Counted from the stretch's first letter, positions 1 to 9,834 are shown. The stretch: 64,000 nucleotides of DNA from Actinomycetes bacterium (GCA_021791895.1 JAJYVS010000005.1:16002-80001); one strand, 5' to 3'. The notes: a model not told the origin generated them from the sequence alone. Numbers and translations: made by a program.

Positions 1-1002
1 GCCGAGGGCCGCCGAGGCCGCGGGGATGTAGGAGATCTGCGAGGGCGGGTTGGGGCTGGGGCGCATCGGCACCCCGTCGCGCTCACACTTGGCCTGACGC
101 CGGACGAGCTGGGGAGCCGAGACGTGGGCCGCGCCGGCCACCTCCCAGAACCGGAAGCGTTCGGTGTCGGGCTGGCGGGAGGAGAAGTACGCGAGGGTCT
201 CGGTCTCCGAGTTGACCAGCATGATCGGGGCGTCGAGGTCGTCGCGCAACCTGGTCCGGGTGCGGAAGACCGGCGCCGGACGGGCCGCGTTGGCGTCGAA
301 CACAGCGTCGTCGTCGATCGCGGCCCCGTTGCCGAAGTGGATGAGGACGAGGAACCCGTCGAAGGCCCCGATTGCGGGCTGGACGGCGTTGATGTAGGTG
401 GCCAGCCGGGCGGCGGACTGCGAGGCCCCGAGGGCCACCACCCGCTCCACCGCCAGGCCGCCGAGCGGGTCGACGCCGTCCGAACGCTGCGGGCCGACCG
501 CCCGGGCCGCGGCGGTGAAGATGCCGTAGGAATAGCGGTCGCCGGGATGGTGCAGCGACCCGTAGCGCTCGGGGTCCCAGTGCAACAGGCCGTGGGGCTC
601 GGCCCCGACCCCCTCGACCCCGACCGCCTGCACCGAGGCGCAGACGTAGGCGTAGCCCTCCTCGAGCAGGATCGGCAGGTCGGCCAGCAGCTCGTAGCCG
701 GCGGTGACGTTGTTCCACCCGACCACCACCGTCCCGTTGAACCGGGAGGCTTCGCGCGGCCGTTGCACCAGGAGCCGGGTCACGAAGGGCGCGGTCCCGG
801 CCGGCTCGGCGTCCCAGATCCCGCGCTCGTCGAACGGGGCGGCCGGGACGTAGGTGGTCGCCTCACCGGCCAGGAAGTACTCTTCCTCGACGTAGCCCAC
901 GGCGCCCAGGTCGTCCAGCGACGCCGCGAAGGGCCAGCCGTGCCGTCCCCCGGTGACCGGACCGGACACCGAGAGCTTGGTCGTCTCCGCCTCGCTCGTC
1001 AT
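1..1002 (-). CDS. Alpha/beta-hydrolase-domain protein (Abhydrolase_10-like); partial, runs off the window start
   Basis: Missing from the ORF track. Hand translation from ATG 1002 (ATGA overlap with the stop of the enoyl-CoA hydratase): MTSEAETTKL...GYVEEEYFLAGEA...FNGTVVVGWNNVTAG...ALGASQSAARL...FWEVAGAAH. G-x-S-x-S nucleophile elbow. Confidence 0.75.
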   Translation of the reverse strand, partial: MTSEAETTKLSVSGPVTGGRHGWPFAASLDDLGAVGYVEEEYFLAGEATTYVPAAPFDERGIWDAEPAGTAPFVTRLLVQRPREASRFNGTVVVGWNNVTAGYELLADLPILLEEGYAYVCASVQAVGVEGVGAEPHGLLHWDPERYGSLHHPGDRYSYGIFTAAARAVGPQRSDGVDPLGGLAVERVVALGASQSAARLATYINAVQPAIGAFDGFLVLIHFGNGAAIDDDAVFDANAARPAPVFRTRTRLRDDLDAPIMLVNSETETLAYFSSRQPDTERFRFWEVAGAAHVSAPQLVRRQAKCERDGVPMRPSPNPPSQISYIPAASAALG

Positions 1003-1799
1003 GTGCCGGTGAACCGGGCCGGACGCCGTTCCCGGAAGCTGGCGATGGACTCGGCCTGGTCGTTGGGCGCCCGGCGGGCGTAGCCCAGGCCGGCCGTCTC
1101 GTAGAGGAGGGCCTCGTGCAGGGCCACGTCCACGTTGTGCTGCAGGACGCGCTTGGCCGAGCGGATGGCGATCGGGGGCAACGCGACGATCGAGCCGGCA
1201 AGCTCCATGGCGGCGTCCAGCGCTCCCTCGCCCTCGGCCAGCCGGTCGAGCAACCCCATTCGGTACGCCTCCTCGGCGCCCACGTCGCGGCTGGTGAAGA
1301 CGAGGTCGGCCGCCCGCGCGTACCCCACGATCCGGGTGAGGAAGTAGCTCATCCCCGAGTCCGGGCTGAGCGACCGCTCGGCGAAGACCGTGCGGAAGCG
1401 GCTCCTCGGGTCGCCGGTCCTCAGGTCGCAGGCGAGGGCGAGGCTCATGCCGGCGCCGGCGGCGACGCCGTTCACCGCGGCGAGAGTGGGCTTGGCGATC
1501 CCGTAGACCGCGCTGGCCTGGCGTCCCACCCACCCAAGCTCGTCGAGCCGGTCGGTGTGGGTCTGCTCGGAGAGCCCGACACGCTGGCGCCCGCCACCGC
1601 GCAAATCGACCCCCGAGCAGAATCCCGCGCCGGCCCCGGTGATCACGAGCGCCCAGATCCCGTCGTCTTCGTTCACCTCGGCGCAGAGCGCGAGCAGGTC
1701 GGCCGAGAGCTCGCCGCTCAGGGCGTTGAGCTTGTCGGGACGGTTGAGCGTCGCGACACCGACGTGGCCGTCGCGCTCCAGGCGGAGGATCTCACTCAC
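999..1799 (-). CDS. Enoyl-CoA hydratase/isomerase (crotonase) family protein
   Basis: TLNRPDKLNA, FCSGVDL and AAVNGVAAGAGMSLALACD crotonase motifs. Confidence 0.9.
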   Translation of the reverse strand: MSEILRLERDGHVGVATLNRPDKLNALSGELSADLLALCAEVNEDDGIWALVITGAGAGFCSGVDLRGGGRQRVGLSEQTHTDRLDELGWVGRQASAVYGIAKPTLAAVNGVAAGAGMSLALACDLRTGDPRSRFRTVFAERSLSPDSGMSYFLTRIVGYARAADLVFTSRDVGAEEAYRMGLLDRLAEGEGALDAAMELAGSIVALPPIAIRSAKRVLQHNVDVALHEALLYETAGLGYARRAPNDQAESIASFRERRPARFTGT

Positions 1800-1814
1800 C
1801 GCGGGACCCCGAGG

Positions 1815-3014
1815 TCAGTTCATCCGCTCGATGATCATGGCCATCGCCATGCCCCCGGCCGCGCACATGGTCTCGAGCCCGACCGACTTGTCGAGGGTCT
1901 CGAGGTCGTTGATGAGCGTGGTCATGATCCGCGCCCCGGTCATGCCGAAGGGGTGGCCGAGCGCGATGGCCCCGCCGTGCGGGTTGAGCTGGGTCTCGAT
2001 GTCGATGCCGGTCTCGCGGCACACCGGGAGCACCTGGGCGGCGAACGCCTCGTTGAGCTCGACGACGTCGACGTCGGAGAGCTTCATGTTGGCCATCTCG
2101 AGGACCTTGGGGACGGCGTCGATCGGGGCGACCCCCATGATCTCGGGGTTGTTCCCACTGATCGCCGAGGCCACGATCCGGGCCAGAGGCTTGATGCCGA
2201 GACGGTTGGCCATGGTCGCGCTCATGACCATCACCGCCGCCGCCCCGTCGTTGAGCGGGCAGGCGTTCCCGGCGGTAACGGTGCCGCCCTCTTTGAAGGC
2301 CGGCTGGAGCTCGGCCAGCCGCTCGAGGGTGGTCCCGGGTCGCGGGCCGTCGTCCTTGCTCACCACGGTGCCGTCCTCCTTGGTCACCGGGGTGATCTCC
2401 CGCTCGAAGACGCCGTTCTCCTGGGCGGCGACCGCCCGGTCCTGACTGAGCTTGGCGAAGGCGTCCTGTTCCTCACGCGAGACGTTGAACTTCTCGGCGA
2501 CGTTCTCCGCCGTCATGCCCATCGGGATGTAGACGTTGGGGAACCCGGAGTCCCGCCCGAGCAGCTTGGGGTTGAGCCCGCCCGGGCCGATGCCCCGGGC
2601 GCGCGGGGCGGCGGGGGCCTCACCCTCGGGCGCCGGCGGACGGGAGCTCTTCTCCACGCCGCAGGCGATGAAGACCTCGCCCTCGCCGGCTTTGATGGCG
2701 TGGGCGGCGGTGCGGACCGACTGCAGGCTCGAGGAGCAGAACCGGTTGAGGGTCAGTCCCGGCACGGTGAGGGGGAACCCGGCCAGGATCCCCGCGGTGC
2801 GGGCGATGCTGAACCCGGTCTCGCCCTGCTGGGCCACGTTGCCGCAGATGATGTCGACGATGTCCTCCCGGTCGACCTCGGGGACCTTGTCCATGAGGGC
2901 GTTCAGGATGGTCGCCATGAGCTCGTCGGCCCGGTAGTCGACCAGCGACCCCTTGTTGGCCCGACCGATGGCGCTGCGGGTGGCTGCAACAATTACGGCT
3001 TCTTCGTCCGGCAC
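1815..3014 (-). CDS. Acetyl-CoA C-acyltransferase (thiolase)
   Basis: NRFCSSS, NEAFA, GAIALGHPFG and TMCAAGG thiolase motifs. Confidence 0.93.
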   Translation of the reverse strand: MPDEEAVIVAATRSAIGRANKGSLVDYRADELMATILNALMDKVPEVDREDIVDIICGNVAQQGETGFSIARTAGILAGFPLTVPGLTLNRFCSSSLQSVRTAAHAIKAGEGEVFIACGVEKSSRPPAPEGEAPAAPRARGIGPGGLNPKLLGRDSGFPNVYIPMGMTAENVAEKFNVSREEQDAFAKLSQDRAVAAQENGVFEREITPVTKEDGTVVSKDDGPRPGTTLERLAELQPAFKEGGTVTAGNACPLNDGAAAVMVMSATMANRLGIKPLARIVASAISGNNPEIMGVAPIDAVPKVLEMANMKLSDVDVVELNEAFAAQVLPVCRETGIDIETQLNPHGGAIALGHPFGMTGARIMTTLINDLETLDKSVGLETMCAAGGMAMAMIIERMN

Positions 3015-3026
3015 TCGGTGCTCCTC

Positions 3027-3065
3027 GTCTCTTGGTGGATGCTGCGTCTCTGTAGTGGATGCTGC
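3027..3065 (-). repeat. Tandem ~20-nt duplication just upstream of the thiolase RBS
   Basis: Minus strand reads GCAGCATCCAC-TACAGAGAC / GCAGCATCCAC-CAAGAGAC, then GAGGAG. The exact 11-mer is at 3035-3045 and 3055-3065. Confidence 0.7.
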
Positions 3066-3108
3066 CAGGTTGTCGATGGGTGGTCGGTCTCGATGGATCG
3101 GGGGCGCG

Positions 3109-4329
3109 TCAGCCGACGACCGGCTCCTTGGGGAGCCCGAGGGCGCGCTCGCCGATGATGTTGTGCTGGATCTCGCTCGTGCCCGAGAAGATCGTCCCGG
3201 CCCGGCTGCCGAGGAAGGCCTGCTGCCAGCGGTCGGTGCGGTAGCCGGGACCGTCGGGGCGGATCATCCCCTGGGCGCCGAGCAGGTTGATCGCGATGTT
3301 GCCGAAGCGCTTGTGGTACTCGGACCAGAAGAGCTTGTTCACGCTGGCCTCGGGGCCGGGCTCCCGCTTGGCCGCCAGGGCGGAGAGGAGGCGCAGGCCC
3401 GAGTACCGCATGAGCTCGACCTGGGTGTAGGCCCAGGCCAGGTCCTGGCGGAGCAGCGGGTCGGTGTCGGCCGATTGCTTGCGGGCGGCGTCGACGAGGT
3501 CCCAGAACTCCCGTTCGTAGCGGAGGTGCTGGGTCGTGGCCCGCCCGCCGCGCTCGTTGCCGAGGGTGGTCATCGCGACCCGCCAGCCGTTGTTCAGCCC
3601 GCCGATGACGTTGAAGAGCGGGGCCCGGGCCCCGTCGATGAACTCCTGGCAGAACCCGCTCGCCCCCGACATTTGACGCAGCGGCCGCAGGTCGATCCCG
3701 TTGCTTGATCCGTCGGCGCGCTTCATGGGGACGAGCACGTAGGAGAGGCCCCGGTGCTTGGGAGCGTCGGGGTCGGTCCGGCAGAGGATGAAGATGGTGT
3801 TGGCCCGGTGGGCGCCCGAGGTCCACACCTTCTGGCCGGTGATGACGACCTCGTCGCCGTCGACCTCGCCGCGTGTCTCGACACCGCCGAGGTCCGAGCC
3901 GTGGTCCGGCTCCGAGAACCCCTGGCAGTACTGGTCGGTGCCGTCGATGATGCGCGGGAGGAAGTACGCCCGCTGCTCGTCGGTCCCGTGCACGATGATC
4001 GACGGGCCGACCAGGGACTCGCCCATCCCCCGGACCACGCGGGGCATGCCCGCCGCGTCGAACTCCTCGTTCAGGACCGCCATCTCGACGCCCGAGAGTC
4101 CCCGGCCGCCGACCTCTGCCGGCCACTGGGGGCAGATCAGGTGCTCGGCTGCGAGGGCCGCCTCCCACTCGCGCCATGCCTCGACCCGACTCTCCGACTC
4201 CGGCTCGGCCAGGCCCGCGTAGCCGGCCATCTCGTCTTCACCGGCGAGCTGCTCGATGCGGTGCTCGGACAGAAAGGTCCTGATCTCGTCCCGGAATGCT
4301 CGGAGCTCGGGACCGAGGTCGAGTTCCAT
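3109..4329 (-). CDS. Acyl-CoA dehydrogenase family protein
   Basis: CQGFSEPDHGSDL, GQKVWTS, TLGNER and IFSGTSEIQHNIIGERALGLP motifs. Confidence 0.92.
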   Translation of the reverse strand: MELDLGPELRAFRDEIRTFLSEHRIEQLAGEDEMAGYAGLAEPESESRVEAWREWEAALAAEHLICPQWPAEVGGRGLSGVEMAVLNEEFDAAGMPRVVRGMGESLVGPSIIVHGTDEQRAYFLPRIIDGTDQYCQGFSEPDHGSDLGGVETRGEVDGDEVVITGQKVWTSGAHRANTIFILCRTDPDAPKHRGLSYVLVPMKRADGSSNGIDLRPLRQMSGASGFCQEFIDGARAPLFNVIGGLNNGWRVAMTTLGNERGGRATTQHLRYEREFWDLVDAARKQSADTDPLLRQDLAWAYTQVELMRYSGLRLLSALAAKREPGPEASVNKLFWSEYHKRFGNIAINLLGAQGMIRPDGPGYRTDRWQQAFLGSRAGTIFSGTSEIQHNIIGERALGLPKEPVVG

Positions 4330-4564
4330 GTCCCCCCCTTTCGCGGTGGTGCACTGAAATTAGCCCGCGAACGCGACGCGCACACCTGGGCCAGGCCCTG
4401 GTGAGGGGGGTGGGAACGGTTTCGTCCCGCCGGGGCGACACCCCGGCTGAGCTGGGGTGGAAGGCGGGCCGTCCGTCGTCCCGAGCCGCCTGGGACGCCG
4501 GGCCGGTTCCGCGACCGTCGGTGGCATCCGAGGACGCGCCACCCTCGTGCCAGGATCGGATGGC

Positions 4565-5321
4565 GTGGGTGACACGAGACGGCGCCCGAAAGACCCCGGC
4601 CATCGGGCACTTCTGCACGACTTGGAGGCCCTGGCGGGTCACGGACCGGTCGTGCCCGAGGGCCCCGACTCCTCGAGCTCCCACGCCACCAGCGGCCGCC
4701 CCTACTACCAGACCTCGGTTCCCGACCGGCGTCGCCTGGCCCGCCGGTGGCTCGCCACCCGCGAGGGGTCCCCGCCCGAAGCGCTCTTCGAGACGGTGCA
4801 GAGCCTCCTCGACGCCCCGTCCTACGAGGAGAAGACGCTCGGCTGCATGCTCTCGCAGGAGCGCCGGGAGGTGCGGGTCCGGGCCTCGCCGGGGCAAGTG
4901 GTGGCGTGGTTGGACGACCTGCGCCGGGTGGGCGGAGGTCGACTCGCTCTGCCAGAGCGTCTTCTCGTCCGACGATCTGCTCGGTCGTTGGGCCGCGTGG
5001 CGCCGCGCGATCTCGGGCCTGAGCTGGAGCCCGAACCCGAACAAGCGCCGGGCGTCGTTGGTGCTCCTGACCGGCCCGGTGCGCCAGTTGAGCGACGACC
5101 GACTGCTCGAGCTCGCCATCGCGGTCATCGACCGGGCCTCAGGCGAGCGGGATCCCCTCGTCACCAAGGCCGTCTCGTGGCTCCTGCGGGCTCTCACCAC
5201 GCACCACGCCGAGACGGTGGCGGGGTATCTCGACCGCCGCGCCGCGGACCTAACCCCGCTGGCGTTGCGCGAGACCCGCTCCAAGTTGGCGACGGGGACG
5301 AAGCGCGGCCGCGAACGGTGA
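4565..5321 (+). pseudogene. DNA alkylation repair protein (AlkD-like), frameshifted near 4922
   Basis: N-half in one frame (SVPDRRRLARRW...SYEEKTLG...WLDDL). C-half in the +1 frame (AGWAEVDSLC...NKRRASLV...ERDPLVTKAVSWLLR...ALRETRSKL). Removing one C at ~4922 joins them. Confidence 0.7.
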
Positions 5322-5378
5322 CGACCCGGCACGCCGGGGTCGACCCCGCCGCTCAGAGCTGGTTCGTGCCCGCCCGGC

Positions 5379-5801
5379 TCAGGGGTCGAGCCGGGCCGAG
5401 GCGGTCCCCGACAGGACCCGGTCCCCGGCCTCGTTCACGGTCACGACCGAGAACTTGGCAACCTTGCCCTCCTCGGTGTCCTCGATCGCCTCGACCGTGG
5501 CCGTCGCCGTCAGGGTGTCCCCCGGCCAAACCTGCTTCTCGAAGCGGGCGCCGTAGGTGAGGAGTCGGCCGTCGCCGGCCCAGTCGGTGAGGAGGCGCCC
5601 GGTCAGGCCCATCGTCAACATCCCGTGGGCGAAGACGGTGGGGTAGCCGGCGCTCTGGGTCACGTAGACCTCGTCGGAGTGCAGGGGGTTGTAGTCGCCC
5701 GAGGCCCCCGCGTACTGGACGATCTGGGTGCGCGACAGGTTGGTGGCGACCACCTCGCTGCGAGCGTCGCCGACCTTGAGCGTGGATGCGGAAAGTGCCA
5801 T
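5379..5801 (-). CDS. MaoC-type (R)-specific enoyl-CoA hydratase/dehydratase subunit
   Basis: YAGASGDYNPLH hydratase-2 motif and AHGMLTMG. Start reassigned to ATG 5801 behind a GGAG RBS. Confidence 0.88.
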   Translation of the reverse strand: MALSASTLKVGDARSEVVATNLSRTQIVQYAGASGDYNPLHSDEVYVTQSAGYPTVFAHGMLTMGLTGRLLTDWAGDGRLLTYGARFEKQVWPGDTLTATATVEAIEDTEEGKVAKFSVVTVNEAGDRVLSGTASARLDP

Positions 5802-5809
5802 GGCTGCTC

Positions 5810-6340
5810 CTAGCTCCTCTGGGCCGGACCGCTCGTCCGGACCCCGACGCCCCGGGTGGTGATCACGAGGTTCCCCTCCGCGTCGTGCCACTCGGTGATG
5901 CTCTCGCTGAACACGAGATGCCCGGAGCGACCTTCGCGCTCCCAGGTTTTCCCCTCCTTGTTGGTCGGGGTGAGCACGTCGCCGGGCCGCAGCGGCCGGT
6001 GGTACTCGAAGTGCTGCTCGGCGTGGAGGCCGACACCACCGCCCCCGCCGCCGCCTCGCCGGCCCCCGCCGGCACCCTCGGCCGCTGGCTCGGGCGGGGC
6101 GGCGCCGGAGCCCGACGGGCCCTTGCCCGAGCCGAACCAGAGCTGTCCGATCTTCGGTCGTAGGAAGTAGTCGGGGTTGAACTGCGCGCTGGCCTGGATG
6201 AAGGTCGGCGGGGCGATGACGCCACCCACCTCGGTCGAGGCGGCCGCCTTCTCGTCGTAGTACACCGGGTTGGGATCGCCGACCGCCCGGGCGAACATCA
6301 TGATGTGCCCGGCCTCGACCGGGAAGCTCCACTCGGCCAT
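5810..6340 (-). CDS. MaoC/FAS1-like dehydratase partner subunit (hot-dog fold)
   Basis: FPVEAGHIMMFARAVGDPNP, APPTF and LHAEQHFEYHRPLRPGD. Start ATG 6340 behind GGAGG. Confidence 0.85.
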   Translation of the reverse strand: MAEWSFPVEAGHIMMFARAVGDPNPVYYDEKAAASTEVGGVIAPPTFIQASAQFNPDYFLRPKIGQLWFGSGKGPSGSGAAPPEPAAEGAGGGRRGGGGGGGVGLHAEQHFEYHRPLRPGDVLTPTNKEGKTWEREGRSGHLVFSESITEWHDAEGNLVITTRGVGVRTSGPAQRS

Positions 6341-6392
6341 CTCCCACCTCCTCGCGCGCCGGGCCTCGGACAAGGGACCGGCGTCGGCGGCC

Positions 6393-6427
6393 AGGCTAGC
6401 CCGCGGCCGCCAAACGTAGAATTGGCG
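6393..6427. promoter_or_regulatory. Divergent -10 elements with an overlapping inverted repeat (candidate operator)
   Basis: TAGAAT (+, 6417-6422) lies inside CGCCAA-N8-TTGGCG (6408-6427). TAGCCT is on the minus strand at 6393-6398. Confidence 0.45.
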
Positions 6428-6475
6428 CGAGCCGCGCCGCCGAAGCGCTCGGCGCCTCGTCGGAGGGGAGGGCAC

Positions 6476-7633
6476 GTGAACAGTGCCGAGTTCGCCCAGA
6501 TCGTGTCGGTGACCCGAGAGTTCGTCCGGGACCGGGTGGTCCCGGCCGAGAACGAGATCGAGGAGCACGATGCCGTCCCCGACGACATCAGGCAGCGCGC
6601 GAAGGACATGGGGCTCTACGGGTTCGCCATCCCCGAGGCATACGGGGGCCTGGGCCTCAACCTGGAGGAGGAGGTCCAGCTGGTCTTCGAGCTCGGCTAC
6701 ACGACCCCGGCCCTGCGCTCGATGTTCGGGACCAACAACGGCATCGCCGGCCACGTGCTCTTGGAGGGAGGGAGCGAGGCCCAGAAGAAGGAGTGGCTCC
6801 CCAAGCTGGCGAGCGGCGAGGTGACCGCCTCCTTCGCCCTGACCGAGACCGAGGCCGGTTCGGACCCCTCCACCCTCACCACGAGCGCGGTGGCCGACGG
6901 TGACACCTGGGTGTTGAACGGCTCCAAGCGCTACATCACCAACGCGCCGATCGCCGACGTCTTCATGGTCTTCGCCCGGACCAACCCCGGGGCAAAGGCG
7001 ACCCGGGGCATCTCCACGTTCCTCGTGCCCCGCGACGCCCCCGGGCTCACCGTCGGGCCGAAGGACGCGAAGATGGGCCAGTCCGGGGCCTGGACCTCGG
7101 AGGTCTACTTCGACGGCGTCCGGGTCGACGCTCCGGCGGTCGTCGGGGAGCAAGAGGGGATCGACCAGGGCTACGCCACCGCGATGCGCTGTCTTGCCCA
7201 CGGGCGGGCCCACATGGCCGCCTGCTGCGTGGGGCTGGCCGGCCGGTTGGTGGACGAGTCAGTGAACTACGCCCGGGAGCGCCGTCAGTCGGGACGGCCC
7301 ATCGCCAGCTTCCAGTTGATCCAGGGCATGATCGCCGACTCGGTCACCGACTACATGGCCGGCCGGAGCCTCACCCTGGAGGTCGCCCGGGCCTACGACG
7401 CCGGGACCGACCGCAAGCTCGGTCCGTCGACGGCCAAGTACTTCTGCTCCGAGATGGTCGGCCGGGTGGCCGACCGGGCGGTGCAGATCCACGGCGGTGC
7501 CGGGTACATGCGCGGCGTGGCGGTCGAGCGCTTTTACCGGGACGCCCGGCTGTTCCGCATCTTCGAGGGGACCAGCCAGATCCAGCAGGTGATCATCGCC
7601 CGGGCCGCCCTCGGGTCGGCGGCGGACGGCTGA
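6476..7633 (+). CDS. Acyl-CoA dehydrogenase family protein
   Basis: FALTETEAGSD, LNGSKRYITNA, QIHGGAGY and RIFEGTSQIQ. GTG start after GGAGGG. Confidence 0.92.
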   Translation: MNSAEFAQIVSVTREFVRDRVVPAENEIEEHDAVPDDIRQRAKDMGLYGFAIPEAYGGLGLNLEEEVQLVFELGYTTPALRSMFGTNNGIAGHVLLEGGSEAQKKEWLPKLASGEVTASFALTETEAGSDPSTLTTSAVADGDTWVLNGSKRYITNAPIADVFMVFARTNPGAKATRGISTFLVPRDAPGLTVGPKDAKMGQSGAWTSEVYFDGVRVDAPAVVGEQEGIDQGYATAMRCLAHGRAHMAACCVGLAGRLVDESVNYARERRQSGRPIASFQLIQGMIADSVTDYMAGRSLTLEVARAYDAGTDRKLGPSTAKYFCSEMVGRVADRAVQIHGGAGYMRGVAVERFYRDARLFRIFEGTSQIQQVIIARAALGSAADG

Positions 7634-7651
7634 CCCGAGGGCGCCCGGGGA

Positions 7652-8863
7652 CTACCCGGTCGCCTCGAAGACCGCGGCGATCCCCTGGCCGCCCCCGATG
7701 CACATGGTCTCGAGACCGAGACCGGACCCGCGGCGCTGCATCTCCCGCACCAAGGTGGCCAGGATGCGCCCGCCGGTGGCGCCGATGGGGTGGCCGAGCG
7801 AGATGCCCGAGCCGTTCACGTTTAGCCGCTCGAAGTCGGCCTCGGTGAACCCCCACTCGCGCGTCACCGCCAGGACCTGGGCGGCGAAGGCCTCGTTCAG
7901 CTCGATCAGGTCGATGTCGGCCATGGTGAGGCCGGCCCGGCCCAGGGCCGTCGCGACCGCCGGCACCGGGCCGATGCCCATGGTCGCCGGCGCGACGCCG
8001 GCCACGGCCCACGACCTGAGCTTGACCAGGGGCCGGAGGCCCAGGTCGCGGGCCCGTTCGTCGGTGGTGACGACGCAGACCGCCGCCCCGTCGTTCTGCC
8101 CGCTCGCGTTCCCGGCGGTGACCGTCGCCTCTTCGTCCTCGCCCAGCCGGACCGGGCGGAGCCGGCCGAGCGACTCGAGGGAGGTGTCGGCGCGCGGGTG
8201 CTCGTCGGTGTCGACGACCGTGTCGCCGCCCCGGCCCCTCACCACCACGGCGACGAGTTCGTCTTTGAACCGGCCCTCCTGTTGTGCCGCCACGGCCCGC
8301 TGGTGGGAGAGGAGCGACAGCTGGTCCTGCTCGTCCCGGCCGATCCGATACTCGCGCCGGAGGTTCTCGGCGGTCTCGATCATCCCCCCGGGCACCGGGT
8401 AGTGCTTGCCGCCGGCCGTCACGCGGCCCCGCGAGAGGCGGTCGAAGAACGCCACGTTCTCCGTCCGGGCCCCCCAGCGCATCGACGTCGTGTAGTACTC
8501 GGTCTGGCTCATCGACTCGGCCCCGCCGGCCAGCACTACCTCGGCCACCTCGGTCTGGACCTGCATGGCGGCGTAGAGGACCGCCTGGAGGCCCGAACCG
8601 CACCGGCGGTCGAGCTGGAGACCGGGGACGCTCACCGGCAGCCCGGCGTCGAGCGCCACCGTGCGACCGAGGGCGACCGCCTCGCCGTTCGGGTAGCCCT
8701 GGCCCAGCACGACGTCGTCCACCGCCTCGGGGGGGATCCCGGTGCGGGCCAGCAGCTCGGTCACCACCGTGGTGGCCAGGTCCTGGACCGGGACGTCCCG
8801 CAGCACTCCGCCGAACCGCCCGACCGGCGTCCGCAGCGGCTCGCAGATCACCGCCTCTCGCAT
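7652..8863 (-). CDS. Acetyl-CoA C-acetyltransferase (thiolase)
   Basis: DRRCGSG, NEAFA, SLGHPIGATG and TMCIGGGQG motifs. Confidence 0.93.
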   Translation of the reverse strand: MREAVICEPLRTPVGRFGGVLRDVPVQDLATTVVTELLARTGIPPEAVDDVVLGQGYPNGEAVALGRTVALDAGLPVSVPGLQLDRRCGSGLQAVLYAAMQVQTEVAEVVLAGGAESMSQTEYYTTSMRWGARTENVAFFDRLSRGRVTAGGKHYPVPGGMIETAENLRREYRIGRDEQDQLSLLSHQRAVAAQQEGRFKDELVAVVVRGRGGDTVVDTDEHPRADTSLESLGRLRPVRLGEDEEATVTAGNASGQNDGAAVCVVTTDERARDLGLRPLVKLRSWAVAGVAPATMGIGPVPAVATALGRAGLTMADIDLIELNEAFAAQVLAVTREWGFTEADFERLNVNGSGISLGHPIGATGGRILATLVREMQRRGSGLGLETMCIGGGQGIAAVFEATG

Positions 8864-8897
8864 GGTTCCTCCTTCGTCGGGGCGGCCGGGCCGCCGA

Positions 8898-9170
8898 TCA
8901 GATGTGCCGTCCGCCGGTGACCTCGAGCACCGCGCCGGTCATGTAGGCGGAGAGGTCCGGGGCCAGGAACACGGCCACCCCGGCGACGTCCTCGGGTTCA
9001 CCCGCCCGGCCCATGGGGATCTCGGCCATCGCCGCCGACTCGACCCGGGCCGCGTCCACGTCGCCGATCACGACGCTCGCCCCCTCCTCGACGCACGCCC
9101 GGGCGATGGCGAGGCCGATGCCCTGCGCGGCGCCGGTGACCACCGCCGACCTGCCCTCGAGCAATCCCAC
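8898..9170 (-). pseudogene. FabG-like SDR with a large in-frame internal deletion (90 aa)
   Basis: The N-terminal Rossmann motif [10 protein letters not shown] is joined directly to the C-terminal [13 protein letters not shown]...[16 protein letters not shown] and the catalytic YxxxK are absent. The GAGGAG RBS is intact. Confidence 0.8.
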
Positions 9171-9310
9171 CTGGCTCCTCCGTCGAGTCCGTCCCAGCAA
9201 TCCGACGACGGCAGGCGCCGTGCCGCCGGCCGGACCGAGCGTAGCGGGGGGCGCTGTGCCAGAGTCGGGCCCGAGCATCGAGGACCAACGCGCAAGAGCA
9301 GGGGGTGCCG

Positions 9311-9811
9311 GTGGCGCGCTATGCCGATCGTCCGAGCGTCGAGGTGTCGGCCCACGTCGACGCCGGGGCGGACTTCGTGTGGGCGCTCCTGTGCGACGTG
9401 AACCTCCCGGCCCGGTTCTCCACCGAGTTCCTCGGTGCCGAGTGGCTCGACGGCGCCACCGGCCCGGTTGTCGGCGCCCGGTTCAAAGGCAAGAACCGCC
9501 ACGTGGCGGTGGGTGAGTGGGAGACGGTGAGCGTGGTGACGGCGTGCGAGCCCGAACGGGTGCTCGAGTGGAGCGTCGGGGACCCGGGACGTCCCGCGGC
9601 GGTCTGGCGGTTCGAGATCGAGCCCGACGGCGCCGGGGTCGTGCTCCGTCAGCGGGCCACGATGGGCCCGGGCCGTTCCGGCCTCAGCGCGGCGATCGAG
9701 GCCGCCCCCGAGCGCGAGGAACGGATCGTCGGCCGCCGGCTGGAGGAGTACCGCACCAACATGGCGGCCAACCTGGAAGGGATCCAGGACCTGGCCAACG
9801 GCGCCGGCTGA
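9311..9811 (+). CDS. SRPBCC/polyketide-cyclase (START) family protein
   Basis: [30 protein letters not shown] and WRFEIEP pattern. Start is either 9305 or 9311. Confidence 0.8.
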   Translation: MARYADRPSVEVSAHVDAGADFVWALLCDVNLPARFSTEFLGAEWLDGATGPVVGARFKGKNRHVAVGEWETVSVVTACEPERVLEWSVGDPGRPAAVWRFEIEPDGAGVVLRQRATMGPGRSGLSAAIEAAPEREERIVGRRLEEYRTNMAANLEGIQDLANGAG

Positions 9812-9834
9812 TCGGCCGGGGCGAGCGGACGGGC

